This document shows positions 41,051-54,306 of a stretch of 64,000 nucleotides of DNA, one piece after another. The stretch is from the human T2T-CHM13v2.0 reference genome, Homo sapiens: the NCBI RefSeq assembly GCF_009914755.1, contig NC_060942.1; one strand, 5' to 3'. Numbering within the stretch: position 1 is the stretch's first letter; every line of letters begins with the position of its first letter. The notes beneath the pieces were generated by a model. It searched no databases. It was not told where the DNA came from and saw only the letters and a list, made by a program, of their open reading frames with translations. Made by a program: the position numbers and the translations under genes.

Positions 41051-43500
41051 GTTGTTCGCCACCGCCCTCCCCAGCATAGGGATGGTAATATAGCATGTCA
41101 TGGCATGTGTAATTGTAGAGGAACAATTGTCAGTGTCTAGGTGTATGTGTGGCATGTTCTTTACTAGATGTCTATAATTAAAGATAACCACCTCACCTCC
41201 TATTTTAGTTGAGGGTCTTTGAAAATTATGATACAGATCATATATTTTGGTTTATGCTTATGTAGGGCTATTTCTTAATTTCCCTGTAGATCTTGTTTTA
41301 AAATAATACTAAGCAAACTTTTGTCCTTGTATTAATGTTTTTGAATTTTTGATTCCTAAAACAATAGGTCCATTTAGTGAGTGTGGCTGTACGAATCGCT
41401 ATAGTCTATCTAATGATATCTTGGTAGTTTTTAATAGGATAAGAGTTCTAAATTCAAATGTATGTCTCTACTTGTTGTACAAACAGACATATTCATGCCA
41501 ACAAGAGATACACACTGAGGTCTGGAGTTCGAAGTTCTTTCTCTAAATTTAAGAATTAAAGTGTACAACATATATTATTTGATAACTATTTTTTGTCTTA
41601 ATCCTTCCTGATAAAAAGAGTGCCAATACTGCATTTTAACATTACTTTAGAGACATATTGAATATCAAAAACCACATATCCTCACATAGAAAATCACAAA
41701 ATATCTTCCTTTGAAATGTGACCCGTCTCTTATTTGATGGATTATTCCCATTTATGTTTATATTTTCTAAATCTTTCTTATTCCTCTTATGTTACTGCAC
41801 AATAAAAGCTTTCACTAGTGATTGTAGAGAGACCATGAAGTCTGGGACACTGTTTCTTCACTATCAAATTTGAGGCTTAGTATAGATCATTTTGTATTGG
41901 AATTATTCAGCTAACTTATATAACTATATACATATATTACAAACATATATATATATATCATTCAGATAACATATATAAAGCCCTCTAAATTTTAAGATTT
42001 TATTTTCAGTCATTTTAGAGAGTTTCTTATTGACAATAATATCTCCCAAGAGTAATAAGTTCATTTGGCCTTGGTTTTTCTAGGGTGGTTTGTAATCATC
42101 TAGGTTACTGAGTTGTCAGTTGATGTACACTGGGTTACTATGTGTGTTTAGGAGCCATCCTCATTCTTCTCCACTAGTAGAGACACGCCCATTAAATAAA
42201 TAAATCTAAGTGTACATTATTAATGTTTTAACATTCAAAAATAATTTTCGTGAAGTATATACAGAGTTTAGTCCACAAATTCTAAACAATTTTCACAAAG
42301 TGAACACAGATACTGTATCAAGAATTAAAATGTTACTTGCACCTGAGACCCACCTAACTTACTCTTAAAATATATTCTTTATATTTTCTCAAAGCTAACA
42401 TTTGAGATGCTTGAAAGAAGCATTATTAATTTTTTTGAAAGAATGAGCATATAATTGTTTATATTAATTTATATTAATAGCACTAAGCACAGTAACTAAT
42501 TATGGTGTTTAATAACTGCTTGAATTTGTTCAGTTTTTATGCTTTTGTTGTACAGAATTAATTTTTTTACATTTCTATATTTAAAAAATGAGGCTAAAAG
42601 AAATGTTAGCAGGAAATAGATTACATCTGAAATTTTTATTAAGACATAACAATATAATAAAATAGTTTAATATATGTATTACTGAAATATTATAAATCAT
42701 TATGTTATATATAAAGGAATAGTGGCTCTCAATTATATTTTCTTTGTCATGCCTGCAAATAGTCTTCCAATTGCATTCCCCAGGTATTCTGTCTAGTTTT
42801 TAAAATTATTTAATAGATAGGCCTTTCATTCCTTTCACTAAGTATTCACTGTCGGTAAAATTGTGTGTATTCCGTCAGCAATTTGATAATATAAAGCAAT
42901 AGTTTTTCTGTATTTCACACAGCACTGGGGCTCTGTAAAGCATCTCTAGGGGTTCTTTGATGTCTAGACAGTTTAAATTATGCCTGCTCCCTTGCCTCCA
43001 GATTCCACCCCGTTCTGCTTCAGGGGTTGTGGGAAATGAAAACAAACCAGAAGGGTCCACAGCCTTACAGTACAGGGGGAAAAACAAACAAGTAGAATAA
43101 GCTGTATATCTACCCTGGCAGGTGTATAGGAAAGGGCCCAATTGTAGGGGATGGGAGAAAGAAAAGAATTGGGGACAAATAGTGTCCTGCTTATTTATTT
43201 CTAGTTATATTTATTATATAGAAATACATGGGCTTTCTGAACAAAATGAAAACATCGTAGAAGTATTAGGGGAAAAAATCGAAGCCACCTTTTAGCCCAG
43301 TGCCCCAGTTTTTTCTTCCCAGCCTCCCCATAGGCAGCCAAATTTGGCTTTGGTGGGTTTCCTGTGCATTGTCCTATTTGTTGAAATGGTAAGATGAAGA
43401 ATTGTGTTTTAAGTTGGAAAACTAACTTTGTTTTCTTCCTTTCTTTTTGTTTTCCTTCTATAAATCGGGATATCGTGGTTTTTCCAATTCATCTTGTTAG

Positions 43501-43503
43501 AAA
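43501..43503 (+). CDS. ASXL3: Candidate 3-nt microexon (AAA) of ASXL3; inclusion changes ...KET-S-GTS to ...KET-R-N-GTS
   Basis: ACTAAC branch motif 43421-43426, long pyrimidine tract, no AG from 43414 to 43498, then ttgttag|AAA|gtaagt. Frame-preserving, at the position of the 3-nt exon of ASXL1/ASXL2. Confidence 0.65.
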
Positions 43504-46500
43504 GTAAGTAAATTTGAAATTTCAGAGACTTTTAAATTAAAACTTGGATGTTTTATTATTTCATATACACACACATATAGTTACAGGATTTCAAACTTCT
43601 AAATTCCGACTGAGGTGATGAGCTTTTGCATTAACTGTGAAGAAAATTTTGTTGAATAAATTAAAAATAAGAACCATTACATAGAAGGCAATCAATTCTA
43701 TCTAAGAGTACAGACTTTTAAAGCATGTACATCTGCCTCATTTTTTACCCACAGTTAATCATTATGTTTAAGATATATATATGTGTATATACAATATATA
43801 GTATACATGCCAATTCTATTTTTTCTGAATATAAAAATAATAAAATTACATAAGACTTATATTTATTTCTATTCAATAGCAGTTAAGATATTTCTGCAGA
43901 AAATGTTGTCTAAGTTTTCTGTAGTTTATGGAATTGATGAGGATAGCAGCAATAAGGAAATGGTATGAAATGTTTTTGAAATACATTTTCCTCTGTATAT
44001 TTTACATTGGATGAATCAGTTACCTTTTAATAAGCATTTAGCTCATTTGATGCGTATTTTTCATTGTTTTTTTAAAAAAACGGACCAGAATAACTAGTTT
44101 TTCCTCCATAAAGGAATGAAACTCGTGTGCTTAAAACTAAGTGACTAATCAGTGAGTGATTTTAGTTGTAAAATTTGCATTTGACTGCAAATTATTTTCT
44201 AATGCAAATGTTGTATAGTTTTGAAATAAAACAAGTTTCTTTTGGGAAAGATTTATAGAAATTGCAATAGTTATTGAGACTTTGGAGATGTTGTGATTGT
44301 GAATTACATATTTTTAAATTTTTCCGTAGTAAATCTTGTGTTTATTGAGTTACTAAACAGTATAATTTAATAATATATTCATGCTTAATAGAGCTTATTA
44401 TTTGTAGAAAACTGGGTGCTTATCACATATGTTTGCAGCAAGCACAGCATTAAATTGCTATTTAATAGCCAATTTATCTTCTACAATTATCTTTAGCTTG
44501 CTATACCTTAGAAAGGAAATGTAAATTATAGTAATGTTACATTTGTTTAGTACTTAGTCGTTGCCTTTAAATCTGTATTGTTATTTAACGTGCTGAATCT
44601 GAGTTGTTGGAATCATGTGCATTAGGGCCTTAGGAATAAAGAGAAGAAACAGCATTGTGAGGTTTCATATTAGGTGAACAATTTTATTAAGTTATATTTT
44701 TAAAATTCTACATTGTGTCATTTTTATGTATTGGATTCTATTTTACTTGTCGTGTTAACATCTTCTTGCCAAGTCCCTACGGAAAGTCTGTATTTCTGAC
44801 AGTTCTACTAAATTAAAACTCCAAAAATCTGGCATAATCATTCTTAGCTTCAAATTTTCTATGCTTTTGTCTGAAGAATATAATGTAAAAATATGTATTT
44901 GCAATGTTCAGTATAACATGTATTGCATAATTTATTTGGAATTTATTCATGGAAAGACATTTCTGGGGAGATGAATATATTTTACTTTATAGGTATGCCT
45001 GGGCCCTCTCCAAATACGAGAAAAATATTTTGTGAGAGAAAATAATGAAATGAGGTCTGCAAACTTGTAGGAGCTTCATGAGGAAAGATATTACCTAAAC
45101 ACAACATTGTTTCCATGTGTACTTTAATGTTACAACTGCATTGTTCTGTGACCAAATTTATATTAAGATTCTTGTTTCCTGTCAAATTCAATGGAGTCAT
45201 ATTTATATGTTGGCACAGAGAAGCTGCTTCCTAAAATAATTGTCTTTGTAGGATGATAATACTTATAAATCCTTATGACCATGATGTATATATATGCTGC
45301 CTTGCTATTAAGTGTGTTCTGGCAATTCAGCATATTTGACTTTTCCATTTTACTGGTGAGTTTTCATTATAAGTAAGAGATTTGATAGTCTTGATCTTTA
45401 GAAAACTTTTAATTAGGAGCAAAATTATGTCTTTATCCTCGAAATTTGAAGTTAGAATTCTGAACTTACGAATTCAAAGTTTGAAAGCTTCGTATCCTAA
45501 AGGCTGTATTGTCTCAGAATGTGAATTAAATACCCATAATTCCTAAGAAGCATGTGAGTGTAGTGGGGTTAGGGCTTTTAACTAAAATTGGTTTGACCAG
45601 ATATTGATATTTCGGCATATTAGGAAGTAAAATGTATATGGATGTATAATTTTAAAAGGCAATAATTGTAGCTCTAAATTTTAGCTTCTAAATATTAGTT
45701 TGCAATCAAAACACAAAATTTGTTCCAAAATCTACTCCAGGAAATATATATGTACTTTATATTTTATAAACATCATTCAAGTATATGAACTCATTCTAAT
45801 AATGTTTATACATATGTACTTTGATATTTTAAATGTTAGTTTAATGCTGTTTGATTTCTTTAAAAAGTGATCTGATATTCCAATCACTTGCATGTTTACT
45901 ACAGAATTCTGTTAGCTGGACAGAATTTCCCAACACATATTTCTTTGACATATCTAACTGAGAAAAGGATGTCATTGTAGAGGCTGTATCAGAGATAGAA
46001 ACACATATGTACATTCTTATTTTGCCATGTGAGAAATGCAGTCCTGTGAGTAACTTAAATACTTATAATTTCAAATCAGTTCTTCCCTGGTTTATTATTC
46101 TTTTGTTGCTTTTAAACGAATGGGATGGAGCTGCTCTTGAACTTGGTGGGTTTTTTTGTTTTTTTTTTTTTGATCATTCAAGTGCAACCATCAAGTTGTC
46201 TGTAATATTTAAAAGCTAAGGCTTCATGGTGTTATTTGTAAAATAACACCACATAAGTATTTGGGCTTTGGTTTCTGTAAAATATAGTATTGGTTACTCT
46301 ATGAATAAAAGCATAATTTCAATTCAAGAGACTTTTGCCTGAAGCCTTATAAGACAGATGCATCTGATTAACTTTGGTGAAACTGGACTAGCCCTTTATT
46401 GTAATGTAGATGTTTTCAGGGTTGAGAGGGTATTTTTAAAAGGCATGCAAAGAGGTCTTTTTTTAATTATTTTTTTATTTTTTTTAAGAGAGAGCGAGCG

Positions 46501-46526
46501 AGACTCAGAGAACAGTTTTGCAATAG

Positions 46527-46769
<243 letters not shown>

Positions 46770-47925
46770 TAGAAGAATGACTCCTATGCCTTTAAATGTT
46801 TACAGATGTCTTAGAAATGATTTCATATTAAGAATAAACAATGACATTTTTCTTTAAGGAAAGCATATCTGTGGTTTCACTCCGTGACATATGGTAATGC
46901 AGAATACTTGTAGCTTCCTTAAAATTCTTGATTCCTTAAAGTTTATGGGGAGGAGTGTCATGGGTCATTGGCCAGGAGTTTAAGATGAGCAGAGTTACCA
47001 TGAACTCTTTGACTTAATGACCGTCAGTTGATATACAGGCTTCACACCTGTATGCCCTTGTCTTTTATAAAAATAAGACATTTATTCATTCTGCTTGAAA
47101 ACATTGAATTAAATCTAGTATTCAATTTTAAAACAAATCGTGATCTCAAGGAAGTTTTACTAATGCACACTTGTATGAGAAGAAGAGAGAAATAAAAGCT
47201 TCAGATAACTGAGTCTTAATTATTTTAGTATAATTATTTTAAAGGCATTCCCATTTTTATCTAGGGGAAATGCCACCTGAAATGCAACATTCCAGAAGAC
47301 AAAAGCTTATAATCTACAAATGGTTGTGTAACTTGGAATAAGTACATTCATTGTGTTATTTCTTAGAAATTAAAAAGAAGTCTCTGCTTTAATAAGTCAT
47401 GGATTATATTTAAAGTTCATTAACTACATGTGAGTTTTTTTTTTAATGTCAAAAGTTAGACAACAAAGCAGGGATTCTTCTTTAGCTACTAAGCATCAGG
47501 CTGTGGTCTACTGTGTGTGTTTCAGAAAATAACCCAGGTTAATCAGAAAGACTTGCAATTTTTCCATTGCTTTTTGTAGCAAGTTGGGTATTTAAGTAAC
47601 TGATTAAAATTCTGAGTTGGTAAGCCATTTCTTTACATGAGGAAAACTGTAGAATTGAAAAAAGATGGAAACAACATATGTCAAAAGGAAACTTTTTTTG
47701 GGTATAGATTTTAAAAGTTTATCCAAAAAAAAAATCAACAGTAGCAATGGGCTTTACCCAGTTTTTTTTTTTAACGGAAGAATGATTTTACATTAAAAAG
47801 TAAATCATTATTGAAATGTTAAGTCACAAATAACTGATCATACTGTAGGATTCTGCAAGTATTTTGAATGTTTTTAGTTGCTAATACATCTTCTCCATAA
47901 ATCATCACTTTTCAAAATAATACAG

Positions 47926-48034
47926 AAAGAGGAGTCGTCATGCCCAGCAGATGGCACGTTGGATTTAGTCTGTGAATCTGAATTGGATGGTACAGATATG
48001 GCCGAGGCAAATGCCCATGGAGAAGAAAATGGAG
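47926..48034 (+). CDS. ASXL3: ASXL3 coding exon (exon 4), [36 protein letters not shown]
   Basis: aatacag| acceptor and GAG|gtaagt donor; 109 nt; lies within ORF 47878..48099 and is in frame with flanking exons. Confidence 0.96.
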
Positions 48035-49324
48035 GTAAGTGTGATGAATTCCAAAATATAATCCCTTGTTCTCTTAAAAGTTATATAGAATGCCAATGAT
48101 TCATTAATTGAATTTCCCACCATTATCAATACAGTTTTCTTCTAAATTTTTACCGCTGAGATTTATCATCAAGGTGTTTTGATTCAAAAAGGATAAAATC
48201 TAAAAGAAGTATATAGTTCTTTGCTTTTGTTGTTTTTTAACAGTACATATTTCCCTGAATAATTTTCTTAAATACTTCTTTAAGTATCAATATATTTCTC
48301 CTGCAAAGTGAGAGGGTTACTGGGGGCATCTAGTGGTTTCATTCTTATGGGAGGACTGAGAATGCTAATGTTTTATTTCTGATTGTGCTGATTTTTCCTG
48401 TAATCACAAGTAGTTTTATAACAGCTTTGTTCCTTGGTTTGTCTTTTGCAAATGAAGCTCAGTGTTATCATTCCTCACAGTGAAAAGAGGGCCAAATAAG
48501 ATATTTTCTTGTTAGACACTTTTAAGAAGTGAGTGAACCTTCCAGAATTTTAAGGGGGAGCGGGGGGGGGGGCATTTTTCACCTCTGAATTTTATATGTG
48601 AACTTATTTTTGTCTTCCTTAAGACAATTATATTGTGATCCTTTCGGTGTATGTAATTCTGCACTGCAATTTTGGCAAATCTTTGTCCCACAATAGCTGC
48701 AGTGCTTTCTTCTACTCTACCCACTGGTTCCACAAAGGGACCCAGATCATGATTTGAGAGAAAACTGTGTAGTTAAAGTCTCTGTCAGTAGACTCATAGG
48801 AATCAGTAAATTACCTTTAAACAGACAAACCTTAAAGGATGTTTGCAGAAATATTGTATTTCAGTAATAACCCAAAGTCATTCATTTTATTAATGGCCAT
48901 AGAGTCCCTTTGTTTGTCCTCTGCATTCTCACTGAATGCTCTCTTTAAACTTGTGTGCTGATAGACCCTGTAAGACTGTTACTGCTTCCGTTCCTCTCTG
49001 ATCTGTAGCAAAGGTTGTGAATTTAATGTAGGAAAAACACAGTTTATTGCCCTAAGGAAATTACAAGAATGGCTGCAGACTGCTTTATGGATGTTTTACT
49101 TTTCATGTGACTTGTTGTCCCTATTCCCAGGCTTTTTGAGTATCCCCCCAATTGTTGTGGTAATGGTGGAACCCTGGCTGGTCTTTGTGATTAGAGAGGG
49201 GAAAAGGCAGAGAATCACAGTAATTTCTGGCTTTCTAAAAGGGGAGGTGAGTGGGGCATACTTTTCCCTTTCAGGAGGGTGAAGGAGAATCTTAACTGCA
49301 GTTGCTCCTAGTGTGGTACTCTTG

Positions 49325-52260
49325 CCTGGGTGAGCGCTCATGTGCTCTCTCAACATATATACTGAGCTTCTTTCATGTGCCAAGTACTATTCTTGACATT
49401 GCAGTTACAGCAGTGAAAAACAAAAGCAAATCTCTCATGAAGCTTATTTTCTTTGAGAGACAGAAAATAAGCAAAATAAATACCTAAAATGTATAGGTTA
49501 TTCAGTGGTGACAAGTGATATGGGGCAAAATACATAAGGGAGTGGGGGAGTAGGGGAGAGGGTTACATTTAGAAAAGACCTGAGGAGCATGAGAGAACAG
49601 GCATTCAGGGGAGAGAACTCCAGGTAGAGGGAACAGCAGTTACAAAGGCATTGAGGCAGGAGAGTGCCTGGAATATTCCAGAGATAGCAAGAGGCTGGTG
49701 TGGCTGTGAGGCCAAAGTGAACAAGGGAGAGTATGTTAAGAAACAAAGCCAGGGAAGTTATGGGGGCCAGGTTATATGGTGCCTTGATGCTGGCTTCTGT
49801 TTTGAGTGAGATATTAAGCCATTGTAGAGTTTTGAGCTAGAAAGGCAATGGCCACATGTAGGTTTTAGCAGGATCACTAACTACGAAAAAGATACGAGAA
49901 CAAGGAAAAAAGCAGGGAGACCCATTAGACAGCTATTGTCGTAATCTAGAGGAGAGGTGTTGTTGATTTGAAGGAAAGTACTAGCAGTGGATGGGATGAA
50001 AAGTGATTGGATTCTGGTAGATCCAGCAGAAGCTGCTGGCAGATAAATGTGAGTGTAAGATAGAGAAAGGAGTTGGGGATAACTCCAGAGTTTGAGTATG
50101 TGAGCAAGTTGAACAATAGCATTGTCCTTAGTTTAGATGGAAGAATCTTCAAGGGAACCAGTTAAGGGGAGGGGCGTTGTTGATCAGGAGCTCAGTTCTG
50201 GACATGAAATTCTTTTTCAATATCTAGGTGGACATGTTAAATAACTGATTTTATCTGTCTGAAAATTATGGGAAAGATCCTTCTTGGAGATACTGATTTG
50301 GAAGTGGCCAGTTTATAGATGGTAGTTAAAGACAGGAAACTGGATGACATTACCAAGGAACTGAAGGTAAATAGAAAAGAAAAAAGACCCAAAGACTGAG
50401 CTCAGGGGCACTTGAATTTTAAGAGCTTGGAGAGAGTATAGAAAACAGTGAGACTGAAAGTAAATGGACACGGTAAGATTTTCTGTCCTGGAAACCATAT
50501 GAAGAAAGTATTTTGGAGGGTGAAGTGACTCAAATGTGTCAATGCTTTTGAAATGTGAATTCATGATGAAGATTAGGAAATTACCACTGGATTTACCTTT
50601 ATGAGTGTATTGATGAATTTGGCAGTGGTAATTTTTGTGGAATGGTAAGACCATAGCTTGAATAAGGTGGGTTCAAGATAATGAGAGGAGAGGAATTAGA
50701 GACCACAAGTGTAGACAATTCTTTCAAGGAATTTTGAGGTCAGGGGAAGGAGTGGAATGGGAAAATGGCTGGAAAGGAAAGAATCAAGAGACAGTTTAAA
50801 AAAATGGGAAACAATTGTTAGCAAATTATTCACTAATGGGAACATTTCAGTTAAGGAAAATTGATAATGTGGCAGAGGTGTTCTGTTATGGTTTGGTTAG
50901 ATGAGGGAGAATGGGACTATTCAGCAAATGGAGAGATTGGTCTTAGCAAGAGATGTAGACAGGTGCTCTAAAGGAGGCAGTAGGAAAAGCGAGGGTGTTT
51001 CAGTAGAAGTGAAGGTAGGCCAGTACTTGTGGAAGGGGCTCGTAGAAGTTTGCTTCTGTGTGTGTTATTTTTCTCAGCAAAATAGAAAAGTAGTCCATCA
51101 GTTAAGGGTGAGAATAGGGGAGGTAGTTTTGTAGACTTAAGGAGAAGATAGAAAATATTTGTCTGAGAGAGTCTGACAGCATTAAGGACATTCTTAAGGT
51201 TAGTCATCCTGAATTTACTAGGAGACCAACCTACATGGTTGTCCATTTTTCTCCAGTCATGTTCGGGACCACTCTACAAGTACAGAAGATGTGTATAGTG
51301 ACTGAAGCTGGGGTTTTGCCAAATGTAAATGATGAAGCAAGAGAGGAAGAAAGGAGTTAAGGATATATGAAGTGGAGTAATGAAGGCAAATGTCCATAGA
51401 ATTTAAGCTGATGTGGAGGTGAGTAAAGGATAGTGTGAAGAAGGAAGTCTCATTGGTGTGAAAAGGTTATTTGATCTGGTGTTCTGAAGGAAATGAGTTG
51501 GAAGTGTAAGTGATATGAGAGTGGAATGCATGGATTGAATTTAGGATACTATTATGGGATGTATTTTCAGAGCTGATAAGAAAGAAGGGGGCTAGGTTTC
51601 AGGCTATCAAGAGTGCTTAGGCCATGTGTGCACTCAAGAGTTGCCTGGATGAGGTGGCATCAGCGGCTGAAATTCAGCACCCCTCCATTTGCCCAACCTA
51701 GTGCTGTGGGATGGGACTGGGTCCACCTGGAAAAAAGATTGCCTTTTCTTTTTTGCACAAAGATGTTTTAAAGGCTGGTGGTGGCCCTTGCATAAGATAT
51801 TAGAGAATCATCAGCATGGATATTGAAACAGACAATTATAGTAGAACTAACATTGACAAGATGTCATATTAGCAGCTAACATATTCAAAAAATCAAGGAG
51901 AGTAACCAAGAGTTGGCAGATAAGTACAGTAGGTTGAATAGTTAGTAATATAGTCTGATGGCATGAGATACAATGCTGGAGGCATCATAGGAACCAGGGA
52001 GGGAGAATGGTTTGGAGGGAACAGTGAGGGGAATATAGGTCACTTATTCCATTTCCAGGCCCAGTGGTACAAGAGGTGTAGAAAAGAAAAAGGCTACCAC
52101 CTGAGAGCATTCCAGAGGAACCAGTGTCCTAGCTGGGAAGACAGCCAGATTTTGTATATTAAGAAGTAAAGGGAGTTTTCAGAGAAAATATGGAGGCTGC
52201 AGGAGATTTTGATAATGACATCCTAAATTCCAGAGGAAACCTTGGGAGTTTAGTAGCTGA
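49325..52260 (-). mobile_element. Long (~3 kb) L2 element, antisense, running from the 3' tail into ORF2
   Basis: Reverse-complement tail tcaacatatatactgagc...atgtgccaagtact. Minus ORF 50313..50654 ends in SVFGSFFFSIYLQFLGNVIQFPVFNYHL, an L2 RT motif remnant. The 5' boundary is approximate. Confidence 0.8.
51620..51790 (-). mobile_element. MER91-like hAT-Tip100 MITE nested in the L2
   Basis: ggctgaaattcagcaccc...gccttttcttttttgcacaaag...ggctggtggtggccct. Confidence 0.6.
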
Positions 52261-54283
52261 GAAAGGGTGACAGATAGCATGAGAGCACTCAGCCAATAGT
52301 GAAACCAAAACAGGGATAAGCAAACTTCCCTAATGTAAAATGTGAATAGGCACTTCACCAAATAACACATACCCAAACATATCCAGCTAATGTGACAAAA
52401 ATTAGATTTCCTGACCTCTCCTTTGAAGTTGCATTCGGGAAATTACTTTGGGAAAGCAGTGAAAGAATAGTAAATAGCTTATTTCCTTGAGTATTCCTTG
52501 ACTTGCTCACTTTTGCATCTTATTGCAAACCACAATTGCATCTCCATGTAGGCACCCTGTGCTTCTATGTATAGCTTATTAATCTAGCCTTAGGACACAT
52601 TTTCAAACCTAGATATTGAAAATGTATTGAGTACTTTTTTATTTTGTTTTATTTTTACCTCTGAGGGAACAAACTTAGCTTAAATGTCCCATCCAAATTG
52701 CAAGCCCAGGTGTGACACCAAAGGCCAGACTCTCATTACTCTGATACCTTGCCTGGAACCACAGGGAACACTTAGTAGCCAGTCATCATTGGTACGGTTT
52801 GCCTTTCCAATGTTAGTTCACATCCATTATGATCCTAAACTTAAGACTTTGACAAAGAGGAACCCTTGGCTTATCCCAATAAAATAGTGGGATACCACAT
52901 GATTTCTTAAAATTCAATAATAGATTTCAGGAAACTGAACTGCTTTAGGTGATTTCCTTGCTTACTCTGTGTCTAATATATATTTGAACCAAAAGTTAGA
53001 ATGGATATACTTTCCACACTTCCTACAGCTGTACAAATATACTTTGAAAATGTGATCAGAGAGAGAAGGTTGGGTATATGAGTGGATGTGTGTGTGTGAG
53101 GGAGCAAGAGAGAGGGGTGTGGGAGAGAAAAGTTGGAAAGGAGGGAGAGAGGGAGTGGGAGATGAGTACACCATCTGTTTTGCTATTTTATTCATCTTTC
53201 CTTCTTATATTCATCCTTTGGGATGAAAGACTGGGGAGTATTGAGAAGAATATTAACCATCAATTTGTAACATACCCTTGATGCGTTGAAAGAATAAGCC
53301 GCTGCTACCATAGTGTTATATTGGATTGACAACTATTTATTGACATTTGCTGTACCATTTAGGGGATAAGCAGAGAAGTATTTGAGAAGAAAGTATTTTG
53401 TAAAAACTGATAAGAAATCTTAGTTTGATTCCAGTCATTAACACTTGAGTCCTTAGGCAGAGTTAAGATAATGATTATAATACTTTAGTCCTCTTCTTGG
53501 GATCAACTGGGCAGGGAAACATTCTTTTAAAATGGGAGATGTGTTGCCAAGGTACTTTGTTACAAAGTTTTGTTGAAAAATTTTACAATGTAGGAAAAGT
53601 GGTATATTTTTAATTGTGGAATTTACAAGACACAGAACTATGGTTATGTGTTTCTTTGACTTCTGAAGAGTTTCTCAAGTTAATAATAATTAGACTTGAG
53701 AATGTAAACTTCACATTTTACAAGCTAAGCTTTAGAGATCAAAGAATGATTTAGGTGAATTACTTGATATATCCGTGTTGACAACCCATGACCATTTATG
53801 CCTATGTAAGTATAAATCTGTGCCACCCAAGTAAAATATTATAAATTTTATGGTCTATTTTAGTCAGAGATTTATGGGTATGTTTGTGTCTGAGTTGTTT
53901 TCTGAGCATAATACATTGATATATCGTGAGTTTCCTAACACATATTAAGTTGACTCACAATGTGTTGTTGGTCTGCAGAACTCATACATATTTTATATGA
54001 GATGATACCATCAGTAGACAGTCTTCGCTCTCTTCATCCTCTATCTATAAATTGTTATTAACAAGAAAAATTAAGTTTCTCCTTTTGTGGCCCTAATATA
54101 GTTCAGGCTTAAAATCAACAGCAACCATCCTATATATTTCTTTTAAATGAGGAAACTAGAGATTGTACACATTTTATCCACAGAGATCAAAAAAGGTTCT
54201 GCTTGCTATTAACCCTAATGGCTTTCAGGGAGGAAGCAGCACTCTAGCAAGGGAATTAGTATTTCAAAAGTTTCTGTTGGGGC

Positions 54284-54306
54284 AAAAAAAAAAAAAAAAA
54301 AAAAAA
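54284..54306. repeat. Poly(A) run of about 22 nt
   Basis: Direct reading; no SINE body recognised upstream. Confidence 0.9.

Noticed and set aside
44975-44998. tttactttatag|gtatgc as a recursive splice site, with similar AG|GT motifs at about 5096 and 63204
   Set aside because: The donor halves are weak and such motifs are expected by chance in 64 kb; there is no sawtooth or conservation evidence available here.
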